Assembly: GCA_964367355.1 (NCBI GenBank) | Contig: CAYIWY010000001.1 | Coordinates: forward strand, 100,340-164,339 | DNA: 64,000 bases | Reading direction: 5' to 3' | Source of the DNA: an uncultured Gammaproteobacteria bacterium | Lineage (GTDB): Bacteria; Patescibacteriota; Microgenomatia; Woykebacterales; RBG-16-39-9b | Part shown: piece after piece, positions 49,218-58,328 of the stretch | How positions within the stretch are numbered: position 1 is the first letter of the stretch | Layout: the number at the start of each line of letters is the position of its first letter | Made by a program: the position numbers and the translations under genes | The notes under the pieces: model-generated | Database searches by the model: none | Told to the model about the DNA's origin: nothing | Seen by the model: only the letters and a program-made list of their open reading frames with translations

Positions 49218-50195
49218 ATGCAAAAGCTTTTAGTAATTTGTGGGCCGACGGGGACGGGAAAAACTGACCTTGCACTTTCGCTTGCCGAAAAGTTCAACGG
49301 AGAATTGGTGAGTGCCGATAGTCGACAGGTTTACATTGGTATGGATATTGGTACGGGCAAAGAGCTAGTTGAAGTAAAAAGGCAAAAGGCAAAAGGCAAA
49401 AAATTAATTCAAAAATTCAAGAATTATTGGTTGGTGGGTAATATTCCAACCCATCTCTACGATGTTAAGAATCCTGACGAGAGGTTTTCTTTGGCGGAGT
49501 ATCAGCAGTTAGCATTGGCGAGAATTAAAGAAATTCAGTCACGGAAAAAGTTACCGATTTTAGTTGGCGGTACCGGACTTTACATCCAAGCAGTGACTGA
49601 AGGTTTAAATATTCCCAAAGCACCACCAGATTTTAAACTTAGAGAAAGATTGGAAAATGAACGGATCGAAGTATTGTTATCCGATTTAGAAAAATTTGAC
49701 CCTAAAACCTATCAAAAAATTGATAAGAACAATAAACGGCGGATTGTTCGGGCACTGGAAGTTTACTACCAACTTGGGGAGCCTTTCTCAAAACTGCAAG
49801 AAAAATACAAAGTTAACTTTGACATTTTGAAAATTGGTTTAAGCGCTGAGAGAAATACTTTATACCAGAAAGTTGATAAACGGATTGAACAATGGTTTGA
49901 AAATGGTTTTATCGCAGAAGTTAAGATTTTAATAAGAAAATATTCACCAAATCTAGCTTCCATGTCTTCCGTAGGTTACAGACAGGCAGTTATGTTTATT
50001 CAGGGAAAATTGGACTTAAGTAGTGCTAAACTGAGAATGAAATTTGATACCCACGGTTATATTCGACGCCAACTCACTTGGTTCAAGCGTGATCCAAGTA
50101 TTAATTGGTATGATATAACTATGGAAAATACCAGCGAAGAAGTGAGTTTTTTGGTTAAGAGTTTTCTTGAGAAAGAAAGTAATGATAACTCGTAA
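49218..50195 (+). CDS. miaA: tRNA dimethylallyltransferase
   Basis: GPTGTGKT, SADSRQVY.GMDIGTGK, GGTGLY, RRQLTWF. Confidence 0.98.
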   Translation: MQKLLVICGPTGTGKTDLALSLAEKFNGELVSADSRQVYIGMDIGTGKELVEVKRQKAKGKKLIQKFKNYWLVGNIPTHLYDVKNPDERFSLAEYQQLALARIKEIQSRKKLPILVGGTGLYIQAVTEGLNIPKAPPDFKLRERLENERIEVLLSDLEKFDPKTYQKIDKNNKRRIVRALEVYYQLGEPFSKLQEKYKVNFDILKIGLSAERNTLYQKVDKRIEQWFENGFIAEVKILIRKYSPNLASMSSVGYRQAVMFIQGKLDLSSAKLRMKFDTHGYIRRQLTWFKRDPSINWYDITMENTSEEVSFLVKSFLEKESNDNS

Positions 50196-51216
50196 AAATT
50201 TGATAATTTTACTAATAATTTCTGCTTGTTTAATTTTTTACCTAGCAAGAGACATAATGCTACCGTTTATTTTGGCAGCAGTGTTTGCTTATATATTTAG
50301 CCCAGTTGTAGATTTTATCCAAAAAAAACTTCGAATCAGACGAATCTTTGCTATAATTTTACTTTTCATTATTCTAATCGGACTAATTTCCTATTCTTCC
50401 TTCTGGGTTATCAGTAAGATTTTGGCCGAAACTTTGGAGTTTCAAGAAGAGATTGGTAACATAAATTCTTTTGGAATCAATGCGATAAAAAGACTACCTG
50501 AGTGGGAGATTGGTGGTCATATCTTTGGTTTAAAGACCTTGATTTTGGGGAACCTAGACTCAGTTGTCCTTTACGTGAGCCAAATTCAGGCCTCTTTAAT
50601 CCCGTTAGTTGGTGGCGTTTTGGCCTACAGCCTTAGAATTTTGGTTTTTATTGTTGCCTCTTACTACCTACTTAAAGACGGAAAAAAACTACTTGAAAAA
50701 ATAACAAGCCAATTTCCCCACAAATCCATTAAGGATGTCAGAGAAGTTACACATCAAATTAATATTGCCCTCGGAGGTTATTTAAGGGGTCAGTTGTTAT
50801 TGATCTTAATTATGGCAACTGTCAGTAGTATTGTATTGACAGTTTTAGGAGTAAAATACTCAGTAATTCTCGGAGTTTTAACTGGGTTTTTGGAACTTAT
50901 TCCTTTTATCGGACCGATTGTTGCTACTGCGATAGTGGCCAGTATTGCCTTTGTTTCTGGGGAAAACCATTTGGGTTTGGATCCGACAACACTTTCAATT
51001 CTTATTATTGGGATTTACTTTATACTTAGACAACTTGAGGACTATTTTGTTATCCCGCAACTATTAGGTATGTTAACTAGATTACATCCTTTAGTGATTC
51101 TTTTTTCGATATTAGCTGGTGGGGCGATTGCTGGACCTGTTGGGTTTATTATCAGTGTACCTATTGCTGCTTCGCTTCGTGTTTTGCTAGAATATTATTG
51201 GAAGAAGTCAATTTAA
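50182..51216 (+). CDS. AI-2E (PerM) family transporter
   Basis: GYLRGQ, IPFIGP, QLEDYFVIP, LHP. Confidence 0.9.
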   Translation: MITRKNLIILLIISACLIFYLARDIMLPFILAAVFAYIFSPVVDFIQKKLRIRRIFAIILLFIILIGLISYSSFWVISKILAETLEFQEEIGNINSFGINAIKRLPEWEIGGHIFGLKTLILGNLDSVVLYVSQIQASLIPLVGGVLAYSLRILVFIVASYYLLKDGKKLLEKITSQFPHKSIKDVREVTHQINIALGGYLRGQLLLILIMATVSSIVLTVLGVKYSVILGVLTGFLELIPFIGPIVATAIVASIAFVSGENHLGLDPTTLSILIIGIYFILRQLEDYFVIPQLLGMLTRLHPLVILFSILAGGAIAGPVGFIISVPIAASLRVLLEYYWKKSI

Positions 51217-51232
51217 AAAAAAAGTTTCTTTT

Positions 51233-52240
51233 ATGAAGTCTGTCAAAGTAGAAATTTCACTAAAATCGGTTATCAAAATAATTGCCCTACTTATCGCTTT
51301 AGTATTTGTTTGGAAAATTCGATTCATACTGATTGCAATATTTTCCGCATATATTCTAATGATTGGTTTTGCTCAACTTGCAGATTGGTTTATAGCCAAA
51401 GGCCTTAACAAAACTCTTGCGGCGGTTTTTTCTTATTTAATTCTCATTTTATTTCTTGCGGTTGTGTTGTTTTTGATAATACCCCCACTAGTATTTCAAA
51501 TTAAAGGGTTTGTTGAACAATTTCCTAAATATGTTAGTGAGTTAAATTATCTGTATTCAGTTAGTGATTTACCTGGAGTCAAAACTGAGGATTTAACGGC
51601 AATATTATCCAATCAAATAGCTGGAATTCTTACTAATTCCGTAAACCTGATTTTTAATACCGTAAACGTACTTTTAAACTTTTTAACCGTAGCTGTTTTG
51701 AGTTTTTATATGCTGATTGAAAGGGAGCGAATTAAGAACAATATCTTTCGATTATTTCCAAATTTACCAAAAGAAAGAGTGACTTCGCTGGCGCACAAAA
51801 TTGAAAAACAAGTTGGCGGTTGGTTAAAGGGAGAACTTCTTTTAATGTTTATCATTTTTGTAGTGACTTTTGTTGGATTGACTCTTCTTCGGGTTGAGTA
51901 TGCACTGCCATTAGCTTTATTAGCTGGATTGCTCGAAGCGGTACCAGTAATTGGACCCATACTCTCAGCAGTTCCAGCGATTATTGTGACTTTTGCAGTT
52001 AGTCCGGTAGCTGCCTTAGGTGTGATTGTACTTTATATCTTTATTCAACAACTTGAAAATAATTTTTTGGTCCCAAAAATAATGCAAGGAGTGGTTGGTA
52101 TTAATCCATTACTTACGATTTTAGCATTGCTGATAGGTGCAAACTTTTTTGGGATAATTGGAGCGATACTCGCTGTGCCTTTAGCAGCAATTGTTCAAGT
52201 AGTAATTTACGATTTACTTGAACATCAGGATTTCAAATAA
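51233..52240 (+). CDS. AI-2E (PerM) family transporter
   Basis: VPVIGP, QQLENNFLVPKIM. Confidence 0.9.
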   Translation: MKSVKVEISLKSVIKIIALLIALVFVWKIRFILIAIFSAYILMIGFAQLADWFIAKGLNKTLAAVFSYLILILFLAVVLFLIIPPLVFQIKGFVEQFPKYVSELNYLYSVSDLPGVKTEDLTAILSNQIAGILTNSVNLIFNTVNVLLNFLTVAVLSFYMLIERERIKNNIFRLFPNLPKERVTSLAHKIEKQVGGWLKGELLLMFIIFVVTFVGLTLLRVEYALPLALLAGLLEAVPVIGPILSAVPAIIVTFAVSPVAALGVIVLYIFIQQLENNFLVPKIMQGVVGINPLLTILALLIGANFFGIIGAILAVPLAAIVQVVIYDLLEHQDFK

Positions 52241-52244
52241 TCTT

Positions 52245-53210
52245 TTAGAAAATTTCATAAATTGAAAAAATAAAAACAAAAAGAAAAACTGTGGTTATCA
52301 ATAGTCCAGCGATTATTTGAATTGGGATTTTTTTCCAAAATGTTAGTAGACAAAGTACACCAACTAAAATAAGCGGGATAAAAAATATCAAATTTATCGG
52401 ATAATTAATTCTGGTCTGACTAAACAAAGAACCTAGTCCAACTCCGATCGACAGATCGATCACCGAAGCCCCGACCAAGACCCCTAAAGCAAGATCTTCC
52501 CGTTTGTGTACCAAAGCGTTGAGTGTGGTAACTAGTTCAGGTAAAGAGGTACCTAGTGCGATTATAGTTGCCGATAGAAACAGTTCGTTTATTTGAAAAG
52601 TACTGGCAATCGAGAGCGCAGAAGTTACCATAAAACTACTACCAACTAGTAAAAACAACGCTCCAAAAATAAATTCAAACAAGGATTCTCTTTCTTTTGT
52701 GAAACTAAAAAAACCAACAATAATCTGAAATCTGTGCTCAATATTTTCAGAAATTGTTTGCGATTTTCCTCCAATTACAAATTCGAGCATAACAAAGAGA
52801 ATTCCAAGTGCAATCAGAAGTATATTTATTGGGTTGCCAAAGCTTGTATTTAAAGAAATGACTAAAAGTAAGATTGCTAAAACAAGAAAAATATTGATAG
52901 CTCTTGAAAAATAACCTAACTTAGGTCTCTGTTTTGTGACAAACAGAGATAAAGCAAGGATAATACCGATATTTATCAATGGTGATCCTAAAACAACTCC
53001 CAAAGCAAGATTAGGCTCGTGGTTGATCGGTCCAGCAACAGTAGCAATCACAAGTTCGGGGAGACTAGTGGCTACAGCTACAAAAGTTGCCCCGACAATA
53101 AAACTTGGGAGCCTAAATTGTCTTGCCCAATTTACACTCGATCTTCCAAGCCAATCAGAACCTTTAATACAAATAGCTAAAGCGGCTAAAAAGACAATAA
53201 TTTCCAGCAT
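52245..53210 (-). CDS. Sodium/calcium antiporter (YrbG-like)
   Basis: Two alpha repeats ATSLPEL and GTSLPEL. Confidence 0.9.
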   Translation of the reverse strand: MLEIIVFLAALAICIKGSDWLGRSSVNWARQFRLPSFIVGATFVAVATSLPELVIATVAGPINHEPNLALGVVLGSPLINIGIILALSLFVTKQRPKLGYFSRAINIFLVLAILLLVISLNTSFGNPINILLIALGILFVMLEFVIGGKSQTISENIEHRFQIIVGFFSFTKERESLFEFIFGALFLLVGSSFMVTSALSIASTFQINELFLSATIIALGTSLPELVTTLNALVHKREDLALGVLVGASVIDLSIGVGLGSLFSQTRINYPINLIFFIPLILVGVLCLLTFWKKIPIQIIAGLLITTVFLFVFIFSIYEIF

Positions 53211-53297
53211 TAATTACAATTATACCCTGAATTTTAACTTCTGTCAGTCTGACCAAAAGAGTTGAAATTTACGCTGAAATGTGCTAAAATGATTAGC

Positions 53298-53696
53298 GTT
53301 CGAAGGTAGAAGGATGAATACTACATTTTGCGTAAAGCTTCGTGTAGAGGAAAGTCCAGACACCATAAAGCAAAGTGGGCCGTGTAAGCGGTCAGCTGAA
53401 AGGCCTCGTGATCATTAAATTTACTAGAAATTTAATGATACAGAAGATGAATTAACATCTTTTGAGAGCAACAGAGACGAGTCTTGCTAGCTAGTATTTT
53501 TAGCAAGAATGAAACGGGCAATCCGCCTTGGTGCAACCTCCGACTGGTACGTTTGTAGCCCGCTTGGTGAGTACCGAAGACGAGGGCAGTCCGGTAATAC
53601 CGGACAGGAGTGACCAATAGATCACGCTTAGATAGATTTTCATCAGTTCCGACTTTTCGGAATGAACAGAATCTGGCTTACTCTCTACCTTTGAAC
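53298..53696 (+). ncRNA. rnpB: RNase P RNA
   Basis: GAGGAAAGTCC at about 53347, TGAAACGG, ACAGAATCTGGCTTA; P1 gttcgaaggtaga/tctacctttgaac; TTGAAA-17-TAAAAT promoter upstream. Confidence 0.96.
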
Positions 53697-53701
53697 ATCA
53701 G

Positions 53702-53732
53702 AAAACTCAAGCTCGTATGGTTTGAGTTTTTT
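53702..53732 (+). terminator. rnpB terminator
   Basis: aaaactcaagc...gtttgagtttttt. Confidence 0.75.
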
Positions 53733-53769
53733 GTTGACAATTTTTGGAACTTAAGATTACAATTAGAAC

Positions 53770-54450
53770 ATGCCTGAAGAAGTAAACCCGCCAGAACAGT
53801 CCAAAGAAGAAAGCACAACTGAAGTTATCGATTTAGATAAAAAAACTCAAAAACCCAAATTAATAGCTATTTCCAGGGGAAAATTTATCGGTTTTATAGC
53901 TCTGTTTCTAGTAGTTTTGTTAGTGGTAGGTTACGGTTCGTATAGTTTTGGTGTCCAAAGTGAAAAAAATAGTAAAAGCGGACAAATCGAAAAAAAGGAA
54001 ACAAAAAAAACTGAGACAAATGAACCAAGAGTAGAAACTGTAGATATTAATGAAGAAGTCACTGTTAAATCCGGAATAACAGTTAAACTTGAAGAAGCAA
54101 AGTATGACGCAGCCTATGAAAAGCAAAAAAATGAAAGCAAAGAATATTACGAAAAGAATGCATCGCAGTCAGCTTATCTAGAGTCTGATTATTTCAAAAA
54201 TTCACAGCTTAATTTAAAAGTTTCGCTGGAAAATCTGACGAAAAAAGCTGTTTCATATAGCCCGTCAAGTTTTCGTCTGAAAGATAGTGATGATGTTCAG
54301 TATGTTGCAAATTATGAAGGGGATAAGCAAGTTTACGGCTTGAACCCTGACGAAAAAACTAAAATATCACTTTCCTACAATGTACCAACTAGCGAAAAAA
54401 AGTTTCGACTAATTTATGAGAACGCAGTGATTGAATTTTCAATCAAATGA
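53770..54450 (+). CDS. DUF4352-like membrane-anchored protein
   Basis: TM segment, then V.LEN..K...Y.P..FRLKDSD..QY and L.P.E...YNVP. Confidence 0.75.
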   Translation: MPEEVNPPEQSKEESTTEVIDLDKKTQKPKLIAISRGKFIGFIALFLVVLLVVGYGSYSFGVQSEKNSKSGQIEKKETKKTETNEPRVETVDINEEVTVKSGITVKLEEAKYDAAYEKQKNESKEYYEKNASQSAYLESDYFKNSQLNLKVSLENLTKKAVSYSPSSFRLKDSDDVQYVANYEGDKQVYGLNPDEKTKISLSYNVPTSEKKFRLIYENAVIEFSIK

Positions 54451-54490
54451 CGTCTTCCCGGGCTCCGCTTGAAGACAGGACTAACCTCTC

Positions 54491-54868
54491 TTAACCGATT
54501 ATTTCTTTAACGTGAGCCACTGTAGTTTGTGGAGTTGTGGTGGCTTTTATTAAGTATTCTGTGGCTCCCAGTTTCATCGCTCTTTGGAGAAATTTATCAT
54601 CATCCAAATTGGTCATCATCACCACTGGAATGTGTGCGGTTTTGGGGTTCTCTTTTAATTTCGAGAGTACGTGAAATCCGTCAAATCCCGGAATAATAAT
54701 ATCAAGTAGAATGATATCAAAGGCTTCGTTTTCCGAAAAAGAAACAGCGTCAGGTCCGCTTGAAGCAAGATAAACAATGTATCCGGATTTTTCAAAAAAG
54801 TGTTGGTAAGTTTCTCTCAGAATGCTATCGTCTTCAACTAACAGAATTTTTTTTGTTGTAGAGGTCAT
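54491..54868 (-). CDS. Stand-alone response regulator receiver
   Basis: ILLVEDD, LLDIIIPGFDG, TN, YLIK. Confidence 0.92.
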   Translation of the reverse strand: MTSTTKKILLVEDDSILRETYQHFFEKSGYIVYLASSGPDAVSFSENEAFDIILLDIIIPGFDGFHVLSKLKENPKTAHIPVVMMTNLDDDKFLQRAMKLGATEYLIKATTTPQTTVAHVKEIIG

Positions 54869-54999
54869 AATAGTATCTTAACACTTACTATAATGATAAA
54901 AAAGACTACTTGTTTTTGTCCTCAATGTAACTATAATTTATGCAATTGTATCTGAAGCAATTATAAATTATGAGTTTCCCAACGATATAATTTTGTCCA

Positions 55000-56052
55000 A
55001 TGCTTGCTAAAATATATTCGGGTTCATTATTTGGATTGGAGGCTTTGCCAATCACAGTTGAGGTTGATATTGCTTCTCAGGGTTTACCCTCATTTACTAT
55101 AGTGGGTTTGCCTGATAAGGCAGTCGAAGAGTCGAAAGAAAGGGTTCGGGCGGCTTTGAAAAACAGCGGTGCTGATATACCGGCTAAACGGATAACTGTC
55201 AACCTTGCTCCGGCTGATTTTCCTAAAGAAGGACCTGCATTTGATCTACCAATTGCAGTTGGCATTTTACTGGCTTCGGGACAACTCGAAGCTGATCTTT
55301 CAAAAAGCCTAATTTTTGGAGAGCTCTCACTCGATGGTTCAATCTATCCGACAAAAGGAGCTTTGATTTTGGCAACTATGGCGAAAGCACAAGGTTTTTC
55401 TGATCTGCTTATTTCCAAGGGTAACAGTATTGAAGCAAGTGTAGTCTTAGGATTAAATATTTTTCCAGCTAAAAATATAAAAGAGGTTTTTGATCATCTT
55501 TCAAAAATTGAACTTCTTAAAGCAATGGCTCCAGTTGAGTTTAATTTCGAGGAAGAGGATTTAGAGGATTTTGATATGAAAGAAGTAAAGGGTCAGGAAC
55601 AAGCTAAACGAGCCTTAGAGATTGCGGCAGCGGGTGGGCATAATGTATTGCTCCGCGGTTCTCCTGGGGCAGGCAAGACTATGCTTGCGCGTTCTTTTGC
55701 CTCAATTCTACCTAAACTAACTTTTGAAGAAGCCGTTGAGGTTACCAAAATCTATTCCATATTAGGTGGAGTTAAGGAAGGTTTGGTCCAGAAGCGAGCT
55801 TTCAGATCTCCTCATCACACCGCTAGTAGTGTTGGAATTATTGGTGGTGGGACAAATCCAAAACCCGGAGAGATTTCTATGGCCCATCGAGGTGTGCTCT
55901 TTCTTGACGAATTCCCCGAATTTCCCCGAGCTGTACTTGAAGCTCTTCGCCAACCGCTTGAAGATGGTTATGTTGTTGTCTCGAGAGCAAGTAGTAGTGC
56001 TAAATTTCCGGCTAAATTTACATTAATTGCTGCTGCCAATCCTTGTCCTTAA
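55000..56052 (+). pseudogene. comM: ComM/YifB Mg-chelatase-like ATPase, 5' portion, interrupted by an integrated element
   Basis: [32 protein letters not shown]; stops at AAANPCP* where CG... normally follows. Confidence 0.92.
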
Positions 56053-56112
56053 GGGTATACATTAGGACTGATTAAGTTTCTCCAACGGTTTTTAGCCGAT
56101 TACAGCGGATTG

Positions 56113-56409
56113 TTATTTTGGTTTATCAAATTGGCGTAACCATTTCCATGCTTTTTCGGGGAGCCAACCATTTCTATTTTTGTAATTAACTTCCATTAAC
56201 AAGAATCGCTGTTGCGGCCATTTTTTAACGATCTCATTTTGAATTGTCTCAAGTGTCCATTGAGATTTGAGTAGGTAGGTTCCAGGCAAATAATGCCACC
56301 AATTTTGAATTTTTGGGCTTTTTGAAATTATTTCGTGAAGTCCGACTTCATCGGACGTAGTGGGATCAAATGACAAAGAGTAAATTTTATAAAAGAGGTT
56401 AACTTGCAT
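56113..56409 (-). CDS. Small hypothetical protein, possibly ferredoxin-fold (Cas2/VapD-like)
   Basis: WWHYLPGTYLL, NGWLP..AW.W pattern. Confidence 0.55.
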   Translation of the reverse strand: MQVNLFYKIYSLSFDPTTSDEVGLHEIISKSPKIQNWWHYLPGTYLLKSQWTLETIQNEIVKKWPQQRFLLMEVNYKNRNGWLPEKAWKWLRQFDKPK

Positions 56410-56809
56410 CGCTTACCTCCTTTATTTTACCTTCTTCTCTTGCTTCAATACTAGGTTGGGAAGTCTCAGAAAATTTAGGCAACGAAAACACTTCAAGTTC
56501 GGTAAGTTCGTTTCCTTTTTCGCCTAAACCCTTTGCTGATAGCTTCATTCCAAGTTTTTGAACACTCTCGCTTGATAGCATATGGGGTGTATTTTTTGCG
56601 AAATGATCGTGTATGTAAACTGTGTAACATAGTACGAGAGTGGAAGGAGCGAAAACAAGCAAATTTTTTGATAATAAAAAGACAATTAGAGAAGCAAGAA
56701 TAACTAGAAAATTTAGAATTAGAATTGGAGTAAAGACACTTGCTCTTTTCGAAACAACTTCTCCAACTGCTCTTGTAATCGATTCTGAAGGATTCTCTAA
56801 CATTGACAC
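56399..56809 (-). CDS. Two-TM hypothetical protein
   Basis: Two hydrophobic helices, PHMLSSE; overlaps the downstream gene. Confidence 0.65.
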   Translation of the reverse strand: MSMLENPSESITRAVGEVVSKRASVFTPILILNFLVILASLIVFLLSKNLLVFAPSTLVLCYTVYIHDHFAKNTPHMLSSESVQKLGMKLSAKGLGEKGNELTELEVFSLPKFSETSQPSIEAREEGKIKEVSDAS

Positions 56810-56842
56810 ATATATTACTTGATTTGCTAGTATAATTAAAGT

Positions 56843-57241
56843 GTGTCAAACAAAAGTATTACATTTCAGGATAAAGAAAAAATAAAGCAGGCCTTGGCGA
56901 AGGGGAAAACTTATCGTGAGGCGTTGTTAGATACTTCTGTGGCTAGCACTAGAACTGTTGGAAAAATAGCAAAAGAGTCGGTTACAGAAATAAAGCAGCT
57001 GAGGGAAACCTACCTTCAGTTGATTGAGAAAAACAAAGCCGGAATGAATGACCGCGCTAAGCTTTGGGCTGATATGACACGTGCTACTAAGCTGATAAAC
57101 GATAAAGAGACCCCCGATTGGTTGAATCGTCGCGAGGCTTTGGTGTATATCGATCAGATAGCTGGACTTTCCAAAGACAATTTGGGTATAAATCTGATTC
57201 AAATTAATTTATCACCAGAAATTCAAGAGCTTGCGCAGTAA
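56843..57241 (+). CDS. Putative terminase small subunit-like / HTH protein
   Basis: N-terminal HTH-like helices, PDW..R..A helix, C-terminal beta-strand LIQIN. Confidence 0.45.
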   Translation: MSNKSITFQDKEKIKQALAKGKTYREALLDTSVASTRTVGKIAKESVTEIKQLRETYLQLIEKNKAGMNDRAKLWADMTRATKLINDKETPDWLNRREALVYIDQIAGLSKDNLGINLIQINLSPEIQELAQ

Positions 57242-57310
57242 GGTGGGGGGTACCCTCGAATCGGAGTCCCACCTAGGAAAAAGAATACTTAGTCAGTAGT
57301 CGCAGTTTTT

Positions 57311-57673
57311 CTAGTTTTTTAAACCATGTGAAAGAAGACAAGATTTATAACTTTGCTCTATTTTTTCTCGGTAAACTGATCCTGGCCACCACCAACCCCA
57401 CGACCCACCAAGTTGGTAGCTGTTATATCTTTCAGGATCATCAGTCCAAACGGCCCAGATTTTTCCTTTTTCCCAGTTTTGGTTTTCCTCACCATACTTT
57501 AGATTAATAAATTCATTAGAGTTGCTTTCCCATTTTTTTAATGTAGTTGCGTAACATTGTTTTCTGATTTCGGTTGGTCTCCATTGAAACCAATAAAACC
57601 AACCACTAATAATAGCGACAATCAAAAGTCCAAATAATACTTTCCATGAACTATTTTTTATTAGATTTTTCAT
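57311..57673 (-). CDS. Single-TM hypothetical protein (paralog 1)
   Basis: GWFYWFQWRP..IRKQC...YKSCL..HG. Confidence 0.75.
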   Translation of the reverse strand: MKNLIKNSSWKVLFGLLIVAIISGWFYWFQWRPTEIRKQCYATTLKKWESNSNEFINLKYGEENQNWEKGKIWAVWTDDPERYNSYQLGGSWGWWWPGSVYREKIEQSYKSCLLSHGLKN

Positions 57674-58017
57674 TAATAATAAGCTCCATTATTTTCCATA
57701 CAATTTTCCATACTCACTTCATAAAATCCACTAAAATCTTTGTCTGTGAAATTCCCTATTTTTACTGCTTCTTTTGCAAAATTGTTAGCTTTAATTGAAC
57801 AACCTTTTTTTATTTGAGCAGGTTTATAATCAACGAAATACCAGGAACCCGCTATTAAAATAATGACTACGAATAAAAATAGTAACTTCGTCGAGGTTTT
57901 AACTGGTTCCTCACTATTTCCAGTTCTAGATTTATGTAATATTTCCCCAACTCTTTGCCAATCTGACAAAGTATAAGAATCTGTAAAATGGGGGTTATTT
58001 TTGTTTATTTTTTTCAT
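57673..58017 (-). CDS. Single-TM hypothetical protein (paralog 2)
   Basis: WYFVDYKPAQIKKGC...ENCMENNG. Confidence 0.7.
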   Translation of the reverse strand: MKKINKNNPHFTDSYTLSDWQRVGEILHKSRTGNSEEPVKTSTKLLFLFVVIILIAGSWYFVDYKPAQIKKGCSIKANNFAKEAVKIGNFTDKDFSGFYEVSMENCMENNGAYY

Positions 58018-58328
58018 TTATCTAACCCTTTTTCTCTTAGACCTTTTTGAATACAATTACTGTATTCATTGTCGTAGTTTTCGCCGTAGGATTGGAATGG
58101 GAGACCTACTTTTATTTTTGCAATGTTGACATCAATTAAAAGAGTTGCAGTTTTAATGGCTTTAGCATTACAATCGGTTACTAATTTGCGGCGAAATTCT
58201 ACCTCTTCTTTTTCAACACGAAGTTTTTCCTGGTTGGCTTGGTAAGGTAAGTATTGAAACCAATAGAACCAACCACCAATTAAGGCTACAACTAAAACTG
58301 CAAGAATTTTAGGAATTAGTTTTTTCAT
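58014..58328 (-). CDS. Single-TM hypothetical protein (paralog 3)
   Basis: GWFYWFQYLP...DC...YSNCI.KG. Confidence 0.7.
   Translation of the reverse strand: MKKLIPKILAVLVVALIGGWFYWFQYLPYQANQEKLRVEKEEVEFRRKLVTDCNAKAIKTATLLIDVNIAKIKVGLPFQSYGENYDNEYSNCIQKGLREKGLDK

Noticed and set aside
53432-53617. 61-aa minus-strand ORF
   Set aside because: It lies within the RNase P RNA gene.
56052-56052. comM stop codon as a sequencing error or recoded stop
   Set aside because: The downstream sequence does not continue as ComM and leads into MGE genes, so an insertion explains it better.
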